Shown here one piece after another: positions 29,892-40,905 of a DNA stretch of 64,000 nt (its first letter is position 1; every line of letters starts with the position of its first letter). The notes under the pieces were generated by a model that saw only the letters and a program-made list of their open reading frames with translations, ran no database searches and was not told the origin of the DNA. The stretch comes from Candidatus Latescibacterota bacterium (GTDB lineage: Bacteria > Latescibacterota > UBA2968): NCBI GenBank assembly GCA_965198115.1, contig OZ240241.1:5664001-5728000 (forward strand). The letters run 5' to 3'. A program made the translations under genes and the position numbers.

Positions 29892-32415
29892 TGAAAAAGA
29901 GCTTATAAGTCCCGTGCATCTGCGCCCGATGCTGGGGCCGGAGGACGATCTTCCCCTTGCCGTAACTGGCTGAGATCATCGCGGCCTTCCCGGCGATTTG
30001 TTCTTCTCCAACCAGCCAACCGCTCTGCAGGAGGTCTCGGTCTCCGAAGTGGACGAGCTCTTCGTACTGGTCGTTAGAAAACGATGGGTCGATCTGGAAG
30101 GCGGGGCTGTTCCAACAGAGGGCCAGGGCATTCTGGGGCATGCCGAATCCCAGTGGGTGGGATGTGTCAATACGAACCTTGAGCGTCGACCCGGGACAGA
30201 AGTAGTCTTTCGCCGCTTTGCCAGCGAGGATGTTCGTGATACGTAGGTCGAGTTCGTCGATGGCGAAATGGCTGGCACGGTTGAGCGTAATTAGCGTTCC
30301 GCCCTCTTTAACGAAGGACCTGATGGCCTTGACTCCCTTCTTACCGATCCCGCTTCGGTAATCGGACGGCACGGGGTTTTCCTTGAGTCGCTCTTTCGAT
30401 TTCTTCCCGGTAATCATGTCGGAGCTGTCATCGGGGAGGATGAGGACATCGATCAGGTTCGTCAGATTTCCGGCTCTGATTTCCTCATCCATCAGGGTCT
30501 GATAAGGGAATTCGAACTGCTCGAGGACGAGACGGGTCCAGCCCTCGTCCATGTTGCCGCCCCAATAGCGCTGATACATGCCGACGCGGTGTCTGGCCAG
30601 TTCCTCGAAAGATGAAGTACTCGATAGCGCGTGGAAATCGAGTCCGAGGTCTGTGGCCAGCTCACCAAGAACGGGTTCCGATTCCGCAGGAGCGGCGAAA
30701 GCACCACACGGGAAGGTCACGTCGCCCAGAGACAACGGTGCCCGTGCGCGCGTAACCTGAAGGCCCTGATCGACCAATCGATTGAGGGCGATGTAGCTGT
30801 CATTCAGCCTGGCGTCGAAAGCGAATCCCCCATCGGAGGATCCGACGATCTGACCGGAGAGAGGCGCGGGTCCCGTGACGGTTTCGAGGAGGGCGTCGAT
30901 GGGTGAAGTGACCGGCTCGACGTCGACGCCCATGAACTCGGCGATTGTGTCGGTCGTGGTGTCGTAGGGCCGGGCGGGTGTCCCATCGGGCTGGCGCGTC
31001 CAGGCGTCGTCGGGATAGAGGGTTCTTCCAAGGAGCGTTTCGATGACCCCCATCTTTGGTTGCGCAAGCGGAATCCAGTGCGTGCCGGCGGGATACGTTC
31101 GGTCATTGACGTCGAAGGCATCGGTCGATCTGTGGATGTCGAAACCCTGCACGGTGAGAAGATCAAGCATCTTTTTCGCGGTTCCCGTGTCGTGCTGAGA
31201 AGCGGAGATCAGGTAACCGGCTGTTGGACCCGTGGCCCCGCGCTCGGTCTGACGTTTCGCTTTGAGGTAGGCATTCCAGAGGATGGTGTCCTTGTGTCGG
31301 GCGGCTTGATCGAGAAGCCCCCAGGCCGAGATCTTCTGCTGCTCGACGATGTTACGGAGACGCCACCAGCCGCCCTCCCAGGGATGCGGAAAACTGGTTT
31401 GCGCCTTGTATTGGGGGAACCCACGGATCGTGTTTCCACCCACGTCCCGCCAGTGTTTGTTGTCGTCCTGACCCTTGAGCTGGCTGTGGTGGAGATACAT
31501 GGGTGTTGCCAGCTTCGCATGAGCCGACTCGGTGAGCATGCTGGCGACGTTGTGATAGTTTCCCATCCAGTGAAAGCCGAGGTGGCTCCACGCGGGGAAG
31601 ACGGATGCGTTGAGGACGCCCGTTTTACCAGCTTCTTCCAGTCGGTAGGCCATGTGCGCGCCGTACCAGCTGATTTCCCGCCAAACGAGGGGATCCCCGT
31701 TAGGGTGAAGGGGCTCTGAATAGGGGCAGAGCCACAGACGAGCTCCGTAGCACCCCATTTCGTGGTGGTCTTGATAGGCGTGGGGCTGCCATTCTTTGTA
31801 CATGATCTGCGCGACGTAACTGGACTCGACGAGATTGAAGGCGAAGGCATCGCGGTTGTTGTCGTGCCCGGCATAGGTGTGGTAAAGCCACGGTAAGCCG
31901 CACCCTTCGTATTCAGTCCCAAGCTGCTCGTTGTACCAATCAGTGACCATGATCTGGCCGTCGGGGTTGAAACACGGGACGAACAGGGCGATGACGTTGT
32001 CGAGAATCCGGCTCGTTTCCTCATCCGTGCGTGACACGAGGTCGTAGATCAGTTCGGACACCATCTGGGTGCTGCCGATCTCCGAGGCGTGGAGACCCAT
32101 CGACTGGAGGATAATGGCTTTGCCCTCGCTGGCGCACTGCCGGATCGCTTCATCGGACGCTCCCCTGGGATCCTTGATTCGGTGGTTCAGTTCTCGTAGG
32201 TGATCAAGCTGGGCGAGGTTGTCAGGCGATGAGACGATGGCGAACAGGAAGGGATGGCCTTCCGTCGAAGGCCCCATGTCGATGACCTGAAGTCGGCCGC
32301 TCTGGCCAGCGAGTTCGTTGAGGTAGTCGACGATGCGGTCCCAGCGCGCCATCTTCTGGTCGGCGCCCAGCTGGTGACTGAAGAATGATTCGGGGGTGGT
32401 GATGGATTGGGTCAT
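29875..32415 (-). CDS. M14 zinc carboxypeptidase-family protein
   Basis: LHASE, NPDG, DNNRD, QDHHEM; C-terminal GATase-like domain. Confidence 0.92.
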   Translation of the reverse strand: MTQSITTPESFFSHQLGADQKMARWDRIVDYLNELAGQSGRLQVIDMGPSTEGHPFLFAIVSSPDNLAQLDHLRELNHRIKDPRGASDEAIRQCASEGKAIILQSMGLHASEIGSTQMVSELIYDLVSRTDEETSRILDNVIALFVPCFNPDGQIMVTDWYNEQLGTEYEGCGLPWLYHTYAGHDNNRDAFAFNLVESSYVAQIMYKEWQPHAYQDHHEMGCYGARLWLCPYSEPLHPNGDPLVWREISWYGAHMAYRLEEAGKTGVLNASVFPAWSHLGFHWMGNYHNVASMLTESAHAKLATPMYLHHSQLKGQDDNKHWRDVGGNTIRGFPQYKAQTSFPHPWEGGWWRLRNIVEQQKISAWGLLDQAARHKDTILWNAYLKAKRQTERGATGPTAGYLISASQHDTGTAKKMLDLLTVQGFDIHRSTDAFDVNDRTYPAGTHWIPLAQPKMGVIETLLGRTLYPDDAWTRQPDGTPARPYDTTTDTIAEFMGVDVEPVTSPIDALLETVTGPAPLSGQIVGSSDGGFAFDARLNDSYIALNRLVDQGLQVTRARAPLSLGDVTFPCGAFAAPAESEPVLGELATDLGLDFHALSSTSSFEELARHRVGMYQRYWGGNMDEGWTRLVLEQFEFPYQTLMDEEIRAGNLTNLIDVLILPDDSSDMITGKKSKERLKENPVPSDYRSGIGKKGVKAIRSFVKEGGTLITLNRASHFAIDELDLRITNILAGKAAKDYFCPGSTLKVRIDTSHPLGFGMPQNALALCWNSPAFQIDPSFSNDQYEELVHFGDRDLLQSGWLVGEEQIAGKAAMISASYGKGKIVLRPQHRAQMHGTYKLFFNALFG

Positions 32416-32462
32416 GAAGGACTTCCTTGTTTCTGCGACTGAATGCCGACAGGTGTGTCAGA

Positions 32463-32571
32463 CGTTCCCAGGCGGCCTCGGAACGAGGAGGGCTTGGAGA
32501 TCGCCTGGAGGACTGGAAAGTATTCACGCCTCTCCGCAGGAATCCTGGTTCCCAGGCTCTGCCTGGGAACC
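32463..32571. repeat. REP-like palindrome pair
   Basis: GGTTCCCAGGCTCTGCCTGGGAACC (32547-32571) and degenerate CGTTCCCAGGCGGCCTCGGAACG (32463-32485). Confidence 0.7.
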
Positions 32572-32627
32572 TAAGCGGAGGTGCTTACACCGGCGAGATC
32601 ACGAGGGCGCCGTGTTGCCTGACAACG

Positions 32628-33425
32628 CTATACACGCCCTTCGAATTCCTTCCCACGTATCAGCATAAATCGAAATTCACCGGGCGGCTTCTCACACTCC
32701 GTCGTCAGTCGGTTCTCTTCGTCCCTGGCGCCGAGATAGAGGGTCTCCGACCGGATGTAGTGAAGCGCCAGTCCTCGACGCCGATTGGGTGTCGGGTTAG
32801 CGCCGGTTCGATGAAAGTTCAATCCGTGATGGAACATGCAGTGCCCGGCTGGAAGCTCAACAGCGACGGGATCCGGGATCAGTGAGCTTTCCAAGAAAGC
32901 AGGCTTCCAGTTCCGCTCGATAGGTCCCCACTTATGGCTGCCGGGCAGCACAGTCATGCAGCCGTTCTCGATCGTCGCGTCATCGAGGGCGACCCAGCAG
33001 CTGACGTGACCTTGAGGGGCGAACTGAGGCCACGCGACGGAGTCCTGATGCCAGTGGGTAATGGTACCGTTGAAGCGGGGCTTCATCATCAGCTGATCGC
33101 AGTAGAACTTGATGTTGGGTCCCAGCAGGTCTTCGATGACGTCCACGATCTCCGCCTTCCGAGCGACAACTTCGAACAGATCGTCGAAGTAGCAGAGATG
33201 CGTCATCTTGCGAACCTGGTCGAGCCGATCCTGATTCGGGTCCGGTGTCTCACGGAAGGCGCCTTCCAGCTGGATATATCGCTCCGGAACGTGGTCGACG
33301 TCCCTTGCGATGATGTCCTCTGAACGTTGCCTCAGCCCGACGAGCTCTTCATCCGAGAGCACACGTCCATACGACAGGTATCCGTTCTCTTCGAAGAACA
33401 TCTTCTGTTTGTCCGAAAGAGCCAT
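32628..33425 (-). CDS. phytanoyl-CoA dioxygenase (PhyH)-family Fe/2OG dioxygenase
   Basis: WHQD, WVALDDATIENGCM..PGSH, FHH..FHRTGAN..RR. Confidence 0.92.
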   Translation of the reverse strand: MALSDKQKMFFEENGYLSYGRVLSDEELVGLRQRSEDIIARDVDHVPERYIQLEGAFRETPDPNQDRLDQVRKMTHLCYFDDLFEVVARKAEIVDVIEDLLGPNIKFYCDQLMMKPRFNGTITHWHQDSVAWPQFAPQGHVSCWVALDDATIENGCMTVLPGSHKWGPIERNWKPAFLESSLIPDPVAVELPAGHCMFHHGLNFHRTGANPTPNRRRGLALHYIRSETLYLGARDEENRLTTECEKPPGEFRFMLIRGKEFEGRV

Positions 33426-33525
33426 GGTGATCCTCATACACATTGGCGATGGAGGTTTCTGACCCTGACCTCCGACCGCTGTATGGCGCTCAGCGCCGCG
33501 GTAGCTTTCCCGGGTAAAGTCTTGC

Positions 33526-36219
33526 ATGATTCCACGCGCGCCAACCGAAATCGGCGTCGATTCGAACCCCTGCTTGCTCCAGCCAAGGTCCGTCCAGAGG
33601 CAAATCGTGCTGAATCGTCTGCTCCAGGAGTTCTACCAGTCACCCAACAACGGAAAGCAGATCGCCAGACTGAATGACGAGGCGCGCCTGCTGGTGACGC
33701 ATTCGGAGATTTCTGGCACTTGTGAAATCGGTGTACGGGCGGTCTCTGCGAGCCGAGTAGATGATCTCACAGAACTGACCGGAGGGTTCGATCTCGTCGG
33801 TCGCCATAGCTGCATCGGTAGTGATCAACGAGGATTCGGGGGCTGCGTCCTGACAGACGACGACGAGCGCGTTCACGTAGCGTGGACGACGCCCAGGGGG
33901 ATTCGCCACACGCACGCTCACGGCCCGGCCGCTATGGACCCGAGTGCCTGGTCGCAGCCGGAATATGCAGTCCCCGGCGACGCGTGGCTTGGGGACTTCC
34001 TCCGGATTGGAGATTGGTCCTTTCTTCTATATCGAGTCGCCGATGGAATTGGGCTCGCCATCCTGCAAGAAGGGTGTTGGACTTCGCGCGACCTGTGGGA
34101 GGTCGGGCCCGTGTGGCCTCCTGTCGGAGTCGTCGACGACAAACAGTGCGTTCACATCGTGTGGGGAGACGCTGCGGGAACGCTTTGGTACGGAATGACA
34201 TCCCTGGGTGAAGCGCAGGGTGCGCCCCAGCGGGTCAGTCTGCAGGGGCAGCAACCGTCCATCGCGGTGGTCGGAGATCGTGTCCTGGTCGTCTATGAGG
34301 ACCGGCTCTCCCATATCCACTACCTCACACTCCGCGATGGAGAAGTCGTTGATCAAGGACCGATTACGTGGCGAAATCCGTGGTTTATGGGGGACCTGGT
34401 TCATTCACCCCAACTATCCACGGATCGACACGGTGTGGTCTGGTGTTTTTTCGCGGACAACACACGTCGGTCCACGTTCTGGACTCGATGGATGGGAGAA
34501 GGATTCGGTGAGACCTACAACGGACCCCGAATCCACTACCGTTCACCCCACTATGACTGGAACCTGCTGCCGGTCGGTCGACTGAGCGTGGAGAAAACGA
34601 GCGAGGGAGGTGAGCTGGGGATGGTGTTGGGGCTCGAACGTCCCCTGAAGGGTCAATCGTTTCGCAGCGTTCCGGTGCCGGGTCATCCGTCCGAGGCCGG
34701 ATGCAAGGTTCTCTTCCTTGATGGTTTGGAAATGAGTGAGATAAAGGGCGTCGATCTGAGGGTCGAGGAGGCACAACGGCACGGTGGAAACCCGCTTCTC
34801 GACGTCGGGCCCGAAGGTTCTTTCGACAGTGACAGGGTCTTCAACCACGGGACGGTGCTCAGAGGTGGCAGCGGGTATCGAATGTGGTACGGGGCCATTC
34901 ACGAGCCTTTGCCTGGCGAGCAGCCGGCAGGTAACGCCAATCCCAACGACGAAGACCGAACGAATCCTCAGAGTGTGCCCTGGTGGGACACGATCACGTG
35001 CGGTTATGCGGAGAGTTCAGATGGCGTCGACTGGGAGCGCAGTCGTCTTGGTCTCGTGGAGTGGAAGGGATCGAAGGACAACAATCTTGTGCCACACCTC
35101 CGTCACGCGCCACTCATGATTCGGGATGACAGCGACCCGGATCCCGATCGTCGTTACAAGTCGCTCTACGTGTGGAATTCCGGTGAAATGTGTGAGATGG
35201 CTGCATTCGGGAAATACGAAGTCGAATACGACCTGCGTGATGAGTACTTCCCGGCGATCCTGTTCACATCGCCCGATGGGATCGACCTGACACCGCAGGA
35301 AGCGCGCGTGGTTTTCAAGGAGGGCGAGGCCAAACCCTTCTCGATCATTCCACAGTCGCTTTTCCGAGATGACGCAGAGCCCGATCCCGCAAAGCGATGG
35401 AAGGCCTACGGATTCACCTCGCTGAACCTTCGCCGGCGGGGGACGGCCCTGATCTACAGTGAAGACCTGCTGACGTGGTACGCGCATTCGGAGAATCCGA
35501 TTCTCGATCCATCGGTGCGCGGGACTCCGGCCGTGGTCGGTGGTCCTGAGTGCCAGATTCACGACACGGTCGTCTTTCCATACGTGGGCTACTACCTTGC
35601 ACTCTACCAGTATCAGCACAACTCTGAAATTCTGGATGTCGAGCTCGCGATGAGCCGGGACAGCGAGACATTCGTTCACGTCCAGCCGGGATCGAAGATT
35701 CTCCCACTGGGACAAGAAGCGTGGGAATCAGAGCATCTATTCCCGACCGTTCCAGTGATGGACGAAGAAGAGGTACGCATTTACTACGGCGGTGGACGAA
35801 TGATCGACGTACCATTGGACCAGCAAAAGCGACTCGGGAAACGATCGCTCAAGGTGCTGCCTGGTCTGGCGACGCTTCGAACGGACGGATTCACGTCTGT
35901 CGGCATGAAAGCCGCGGGTCAGGGGAGTTTGACGACCTTGCCGTTCCAGCTGGAGGAGCCGTGCCAGCTCAGGCTCAACGCGAATTGTAGAGCCGATTGC
36001 TCGATCGTTGTCGAGGTTCTGGAGCCAGTAGCGACGACGCCGATGGACGGATACTCGATCGAGGACGGAGTTCCCGTCACGGAAGATGCCATCGCTTTCG
36101 CGGTGCGGTGGCGCGAATCAAAAGATCTCCCGATCGGCGTCTGATGCGACTGCGCTTTCATTTAAGAGGCGATAAATCATCGCCGCGGCTATACAGCTAT
36201 TCCTTCGACCGTTCCGCGT
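33526..36219 (+). CDS. large beta-propeller glycoside-hydrolase-like protein with a stop just before the C-terminal strand
   Basis: NPLL, YRMWYG, YAESSDGVDW, DPDRRYK, SRDSETF, GLATLRTDGF; TGA at 36142-36144, after which MRLRFHL..LYSYSF continues in frame. Confidence 0.75.
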
Positions 36220-36240
36220 AACACGACAGCAGAGGACACG

Positions 36241-37395
36241 ATGAAGACCTATCGAGTAGCGATTCTGGGGTGTCGAGCCAGGGGCACCCAACAGGGACAC
36301 GCGTATAAAGCCCACCCACGAACCGAGATCGTGGGGATGTGCGATCTCGTCCAGGAGCGGCTTGACGCGCTGGGTGACGAGCTGGATGTGAGAGACCGCT
36401 TCACCGACCTGGACGAGATGATCGACAAAACTCAGCCTGATATTGTTGCCATTCCGACCGGTACGGAGTTTCACCACGAGCTGGCCATGCGCGTGTTGGA
36501 ACACGGCGTGCACATCGACATCGAAAAGCCACTCTGTACGAGTTTGGATCAGGCTGATGAGGTGGTAGCGAAGGCGAAGGAGAAAGGCGTGGAAATCGCC
36601 GTTCACCATCAAGGCCGGGTTGGTGCGGGGGTAGTGGCGGCCCACAAGGCGTATGAGGAGGGTCGCATCGGCAAGCTCCTCTACATCTACACGCGGGACA
36701 AGGGCTACTACGGTGGGCTTGGCATCATGAACATCGCGACGCACAAGGTGAACACGATGCTCAAGTTCGCCGGTCACGTACGCAGCGTGTCTACCGTGGC
36801 GACGACGGATGGCCATTTGGTCAGACCCGAAGACGCGGTGACCTCGCCTCTGGGCATGGGGCCGATCACAGGCGAATACATTACGGCGACGTTGCAGTTC
36901 GACGACGATGTGGCCGGAGGACTCCTCCAGCACCGGCTGCCAAAGATCGATACGAAGCTTTCGGCGATCGAGCTGTTCGGGACCGAGGGGCGGATGATCG
37001 TTCGCTGGGAAGCTGCGTGGCTGTTGCCCAACGCCCATTTCATCCCCGGTGAGGGCGACGTGTGGGAACCGATCGATCTGATCATTCCGGAGGGCTTCGA
37101 CCCCGATGGCGACGCCCTGCTCGACGAATTCTGCTACGTGGATGAATATGTCAAGGCACTGGATGAGGGTCGCTCCCACGAGTGCAGTGGCGCGGAGGGG
37201 TTGCACGTCATCGAGGTTCTGATGGGGGTCTTCGAGTCAGCCGCATATGGGAGACGAGTCGAGCTGCCACAGGAGAATCGGAGGCATCCGTTGCTCCGGT
37301 GGCGGAAGGAAAACGGGCTCGGCGAGCCGGACCCGGTTGTAAGAGATCACCGCGATTGGGCAGTCGATGAGGATAGGCGATTGGGGCGCATCTGA
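36241..37395 (+). CDS. Gfo/Idh/MocA-family oxidoreductase
   Basis: VAILGCRARG, IEKP, FGTEGR. Confidence 0.93.
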   Translation: MKTYRVAILGCRARGTQQGHAYKAHPRTEIVGMCDLVQERLDALGDELDVRDRFTDLDEMIDKTQPDIVAIPTGTEFHHELAMRVLEHGVHIDIEKPLCTSLDQADEVVAKAKEKGVEIAVHHQGRVGAGVVAAHKAYEEGRIGKLLYIYTRDKGYYGGLGIMNIATHKVNTMLKFAGHVRSVSTVATTDGHLVRPEDAVTSPLGMGPITGEYITATLQFDDDVAGGLLQHRLPKIDTKLSAIELFGTEGRMIVRWEAAWLLPNAHFIPGEGDVWEPIDLIIPEGFDPDGDALLDEFCYVDEYVKALDEGRSHECSGAEGLHVIEVLMGVFESAAYGRRVELPQENRRHPLLRWRKENGLGEPDPVVRDHRDWAVDEDRRLGRI

Positions 37396-37397
37396 CC

Positions 37398-38489
37398 GTG
37401 GGTCGGTATCGCGCCGCCGTGATCGGTTTGGGTTGGATGGGACTTCTGTCCGACCTGGGACATCGTCCGAAGGACCGCTATGACGTGGACGACGTCGACC
37501 GTCCGACGCCGGAGCTGGATGTCCACCGGCAGTTTCATTTCCACGAGGGTGCCGGAGAAATAGACGTCCCACACAGCTGGGCGGAGGTGATGAATCTCCG
37601 GCCCGATGTGGACCTTGTGGCGGGTGCCGAACGCGATCCGAAACGGCTGAAGGTATTCAGGGAACGATACGGGATCGACAAGGTCTACTGCTGCGCTGAA
37701 GAATTGCTGAGGAAAGAGCAGATCGATGTGGTGGCGATCGCGACGAACACGAAAGGGCGGGCTGATCTGACGTGCCTGGCCGTCGAGTGTGGTGTGAAGG
37801 CGATCGCGATCGAAAAACCGATGGCCCACACGCTCGATGAAGCGGACCGGATGGTGCGGGTATGTGCCGACGCGGATGTTCCGCTTTGCTGTGGCGCCAT
37901 CCCGGTCAATCACCCCTCCTACGGATCCGCCAAGGAGCTGATCCAGCGAGGTGAGGTAGGCGAGATCCTATCGATCGAGGCCGAGGCGCCGGCGGCGCAG
38001 AAACAGAATTGGTCCTTCTTTGTCGACAGCCCGCCGGCCTGGGTCGTCGGCAGTCAGGATGGCGAACGGAGGGAATCGGGCAGCGACGAGTTCGCCGGCC
38101 AAGGGATGATGGTGACGGTCGACGGGGACATCGTGTTCTTCCGAAAGAGCGCAGGTCTATTGCGAGTGACGGGGACCGAGGGCGAGATCACGCTCGACAG
38201 AGGATGGCGCCTCTGGAAAGACTTGGAGACATCAGGCCGCAAGCAGCGAGTCGAAATGGAATGGCCGGGGCTGCGACTGGCGCCAGGCTACAACGCGGTT
38301 TACGGTCTGGCGGATCTGATCGATTGCCTAGAGGGGAAACTCGACGAGCCGAAGAACTCCGGTCGTCGCGTGGCGATCGCCCTGGAGGTCGAGCTTGCGC
38401 TCAAGCAATCCTCGGCCGAGGGTGGTGTTCGTGTCGACATGCCGTTGACGGATCGATCCGCCGGTTTGCAGTATGACTGGTTCAGGTAG
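37398..38489 (+). CDS. Gfo/Idh/MocA-family oxidoreductase
   Basis: VIGLGWMG, IEKPMA, TGTEGEI. Confidence 0.92.
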   Translation: MGRYRAAVIGLGWMGLLSDLGHRPKDRYDVDDVDRPTPELDVHRQFHFHEGAGEIDVPHSWAEVMNLRPDVDLVAGAERDPKRLKVFRERYGIDKVYCCAEELLRKEQIDVVAIATNTKGRADLTCLAVECGVKAIAIEKPMAHTLDEADRMVRVCADADVPLCCGAIPVNHPSYGSAKELIQRGEVGEILSIEAEAPAAQKQNWSFFVDSPPAWVVGSQDGERRESGSDEFAGQGMMVTVDGDIVFFRKSAGLLRVTGTEGEITLDRGWRLWKDLETSGRKQRVEMEWPGLRLAPGYNAVYGLADLIDCLEGKLDEPKNSGRRVAIALEVELALKQSSAEGGVRVDMPLTDRSAGLQYDWFR

Positions 38490-38495
38490 CGTGAG

Positions 38496-39449
38496 ATGAA
38501 ACACTTCCAAGTTGAGATGGGTGACATTCGGGTTCCGGCCGGCTGGACAGACGACCCGGAGCGTCTTCTTCAGGTGGGTTGGAAGGGCCAACCGATCACT
38601 GGGTTCTGTCAATCATCTCGGCGCTGTTACGTCTATCCCGTGATGACACCGGCCGGCGTCTGCGTAACGAACGAACGTCCCACGAGCGACCACGCTTTTC
38701 ACCAGTCGGTGACTGTTGGGAACGATTATTTCTTCACGTATCAGACTTCCAACGCCGGACGCTTCGAAGACCCCGGTATGTGTTTCTACACGAACGAGGT
38801 CGACATGCGGGGTCGTGGTGAAGGGCGGATCGTGGCAACCGTTCACAACGAGGCGACCGAGCTGGGTGAATCGCATCTCGAGTTCATCGTGCGGATGCAA
38901 TGGCAGGGGGCCGAAGAAGGCTACGCGCCGAAATATCGACGGGTGGTGGGTGAAGAGATGCGGACGATGAGTGTCTTTCCAGGAGAGACCGCCAACGTGA
39001 TCGATGTTCGGTCGCAGCTTCGGCCGACGGATCGGGACATCCGGCTCGGTCCGTCCAGGCACGGATATTTTACGATTCGTGTAGCCGACCATCTCCGGGT
39101 GGTCGATCCGAGCGGGAAACCGCAGGGCGGACGCCTAATCGATTCGGAGGGACGCGTCGATGACGAAGTCGGCTGGCAGCACGCCGACTGGGTCGACTAC
39201 TCAGGGACGGACTCGGAGGGTCGAACAGCAGGCTTGGCGGTCTTCCAATTTCCGACGCTCGGTAACTCCGCGTGGTATGCGGCAACCTATGGAACAATCC
39301 GCGTGAACCCATTTCGTAAAGGTGCGACGTTCATCAACCGAGGTGAGGAAGTGGATCTGGCCATACGCGTCGTCGCGCACGATGGGGATCCGAACGAAGC
39401 GGGTGTGGCGGAGCTTTACGCGGCGTTTAGGGAGGAAATAGGGACGTAA
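38496..39449 (+). CDS. PmoA-like/DUF6807 beta-sandwich protein (not a true methane monooxygenase)
   Basis: YVYPVMTPAG..VT..DHAFHQS, DSEG, ADWVDYSG. Confidence 0.75.
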   Translation: MKHFQVEMGDIRVPAGWTDDPERLLQVGWKGQPITGFCQSSRRCYVYPVMTPAGVCVTNERPTSDHAFHQSVTVGNDYFFTYQTSNAGRFEDPGMCFYTNEVDMRGRGEGRIVATVHNEATELGESHLEFIVRMQWQGAEEGYAPKYRRVVGEEMRTMSVFPGETANVIDVRSQLRPTDRDIRLGPSRHGYFTIRVADHLRVVDPSGKPQGGRLIDSEGRVDDEVGWQHADWVDYSGTDSEGRTAGLAVFQFPTLGNSAWYAATYGTIRVNPFRKGATFINRGEEVDLAIRVVAHDGDPNEAGVAELYAAFREEIGT

Positions 39450-39467
39450 GGGTTCGCGAATAAATAA

Positions 39468-40887
39468 GGCTATATCCGGATCTCTCAACGAGATGAAGTG
39501 GGTGAAGGTGCCGTGGTTCCTGGCATGGGGGCGCGGTTAGAGTGTGCGGAACCTCTTCGGAATCTGCTCAGGGATGTTTATGTCTCCGACGGTAAGGAAG
39601 ATCATATCGTTGAATGCGTCGAGTGTGCGGAATCCGCTGGCTCGGTTCTTGACGATTTGGACGATTCGGTTGAGGCCTTCGGCGATGGCGTTGGTAAGAC
39701 GCGTGTTCACGAATGCGAGGACGCCGAAGAAGTGCTGTCGCAGGGTCCTGACGAACTTTCGCAGGGGTTCAAGTCGACTTCTGAGTGCGGACGTCGTCCA
39801 GCATTTCAGGAAGCGTTCGGCAGCCCAGGGCGCTTTGTATTCCCAGAACTGCTCGAACTCGTCCTTGAGTCTCCAGGCTCTATAGATTCGGTAGTTCGCC
39901 TTCTCCAGTGCTTTGAGTGTCCGAGTATCCCCTCTGGAGCGTGTCGCTGAGTGCCGGTAGAGGAGCCATCGGAGGCCCTTCATGGCTTTGCGCTCATCCG
40001 GGGCAGCTTTACGCCACTGGTCCTTACGGACCTCGTCAACGGCAGCATTGAGAGCCTTGACGATGTGAAAGCGATCGAGGACCAGCTTGGCATTCGGACA
40101 GTGTTCCTGGATGGCTCCGATGTAAGCTTCGCTCATGTCGCAGCAGGCCCACTCGATCTTGGATCTCCGGTAGGGACTGAGAGCCTCTGTGAAGAACCGA
40201 TCGATCGTTTTACGCGCCCTGCCGCGGCCAACCCACACCACGCAGGAGCGGTCCAGATCGTAAACGAGCGTGGCGTACCTGTGACGCTTGGCGTAGGAGA
40301 TCTCGTCGATCCCGATGGTTTTGAGCCCTCGGATACGATGACCTTCACGAAGCCGCGTGATGGATCGGTGAAGGAGATCCGACAGCGTCGAGGCAGAGAT
40401 GCGCAGTAACTCGGACGCCGCCTTCTGCGTCATGGTCTGGCAGTAGCGCAGCATGGCATACTCGAAGCGATACGTCACCCGAGAGAACCGCTCCGCCCAC
40501 GGAATCTCCTCGACCACACGACCGTGGGTAGGACACCGAATCTCCCGAGGATGGTAGAGAAGCCAGACCCTCCACCCGCACACCGGAATGTCACGCCACC
40601 GACGCGGATGGGGCATTGTGCGGACGATTTTACCTCGACGGCCGCACTCTGGACAACAACAACCATTCTTATGTGGCTTTACGGCGATGACGAAACAGCT
40701 TCTCCCCTCAAACCACCAGCTGACAACACGGAACCCCTTGAATCTCAGCAGTTTCGATAGTAATCTGCTCCCGGTCATAGGTCGCACCCCCTTCGCTTTG
40801 ATTGTCCTACACACACAACCAAGCGTAGGGAACGATCTATGACCTTGTCATTCTATAGTTTCACCGTTGAGAAACCCGGATAGAGCC
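39468..40887 (-). mobile_element. ISL3-family insertion sequence
   Basis: IRs GGCTATATCCGG..TCTCAACG / CGTTGAGA..CCGGATAGAGCC; 8-bp TSD ATAAATAA. Confidence 0.93.
39537..40778 (-). CDS. ISL3-family transposase
   Basis: CPEC zinc finger; GIDE, CDMSEAY, DRFHIV, TNAIAEGLN. Confidence 0.95.
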   Translation of the reverse strand: MTGSRLLSKLLRFKGFRVVSWWFEGRSCFVIAVKPHKNGCCCPECGRRGKIVRTMPHPRRWRDIPVCGWRVWLLYHPREIRCPTHGRVVEEIPWAERFSRVTYRFEYAMLRYCQTMTQKAASELLRISASTLSDLLHRSITRLREGHRIRGLKTIGIDEISYAKRHRYATLVYDLDRSCVVWVGRGRARKTIDRFFTEALSPYRRSKIEWACCDMSEAYIGAIQEHCPNAKLVLDRFHIVKALNAAVDEVRKDQWRKAAPDERKAMKGLRWLLYRHSATRSRGDTRTLKALEKANYRIYRAWRLKDEFEQFWEYKAPWAAERFLKCWTTSALRSRLEPLRKFVRTLRQHFFGVLAFVNTRLTNAIAEGLNRIVQIVKNRASGFRTLDAFNDMIFLTVGDINIPEQIPKRFRTL

Positions 40888-40905
40888 ATAAATAAACGGT
40901 CGATC

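Noticed and set aside
38496-39449. Particulate methane monooxygenase
   Set aside because: Soluble beta-sandwich family that merely carries the PmoA name; no TM helices and no pmoB/pmoC.
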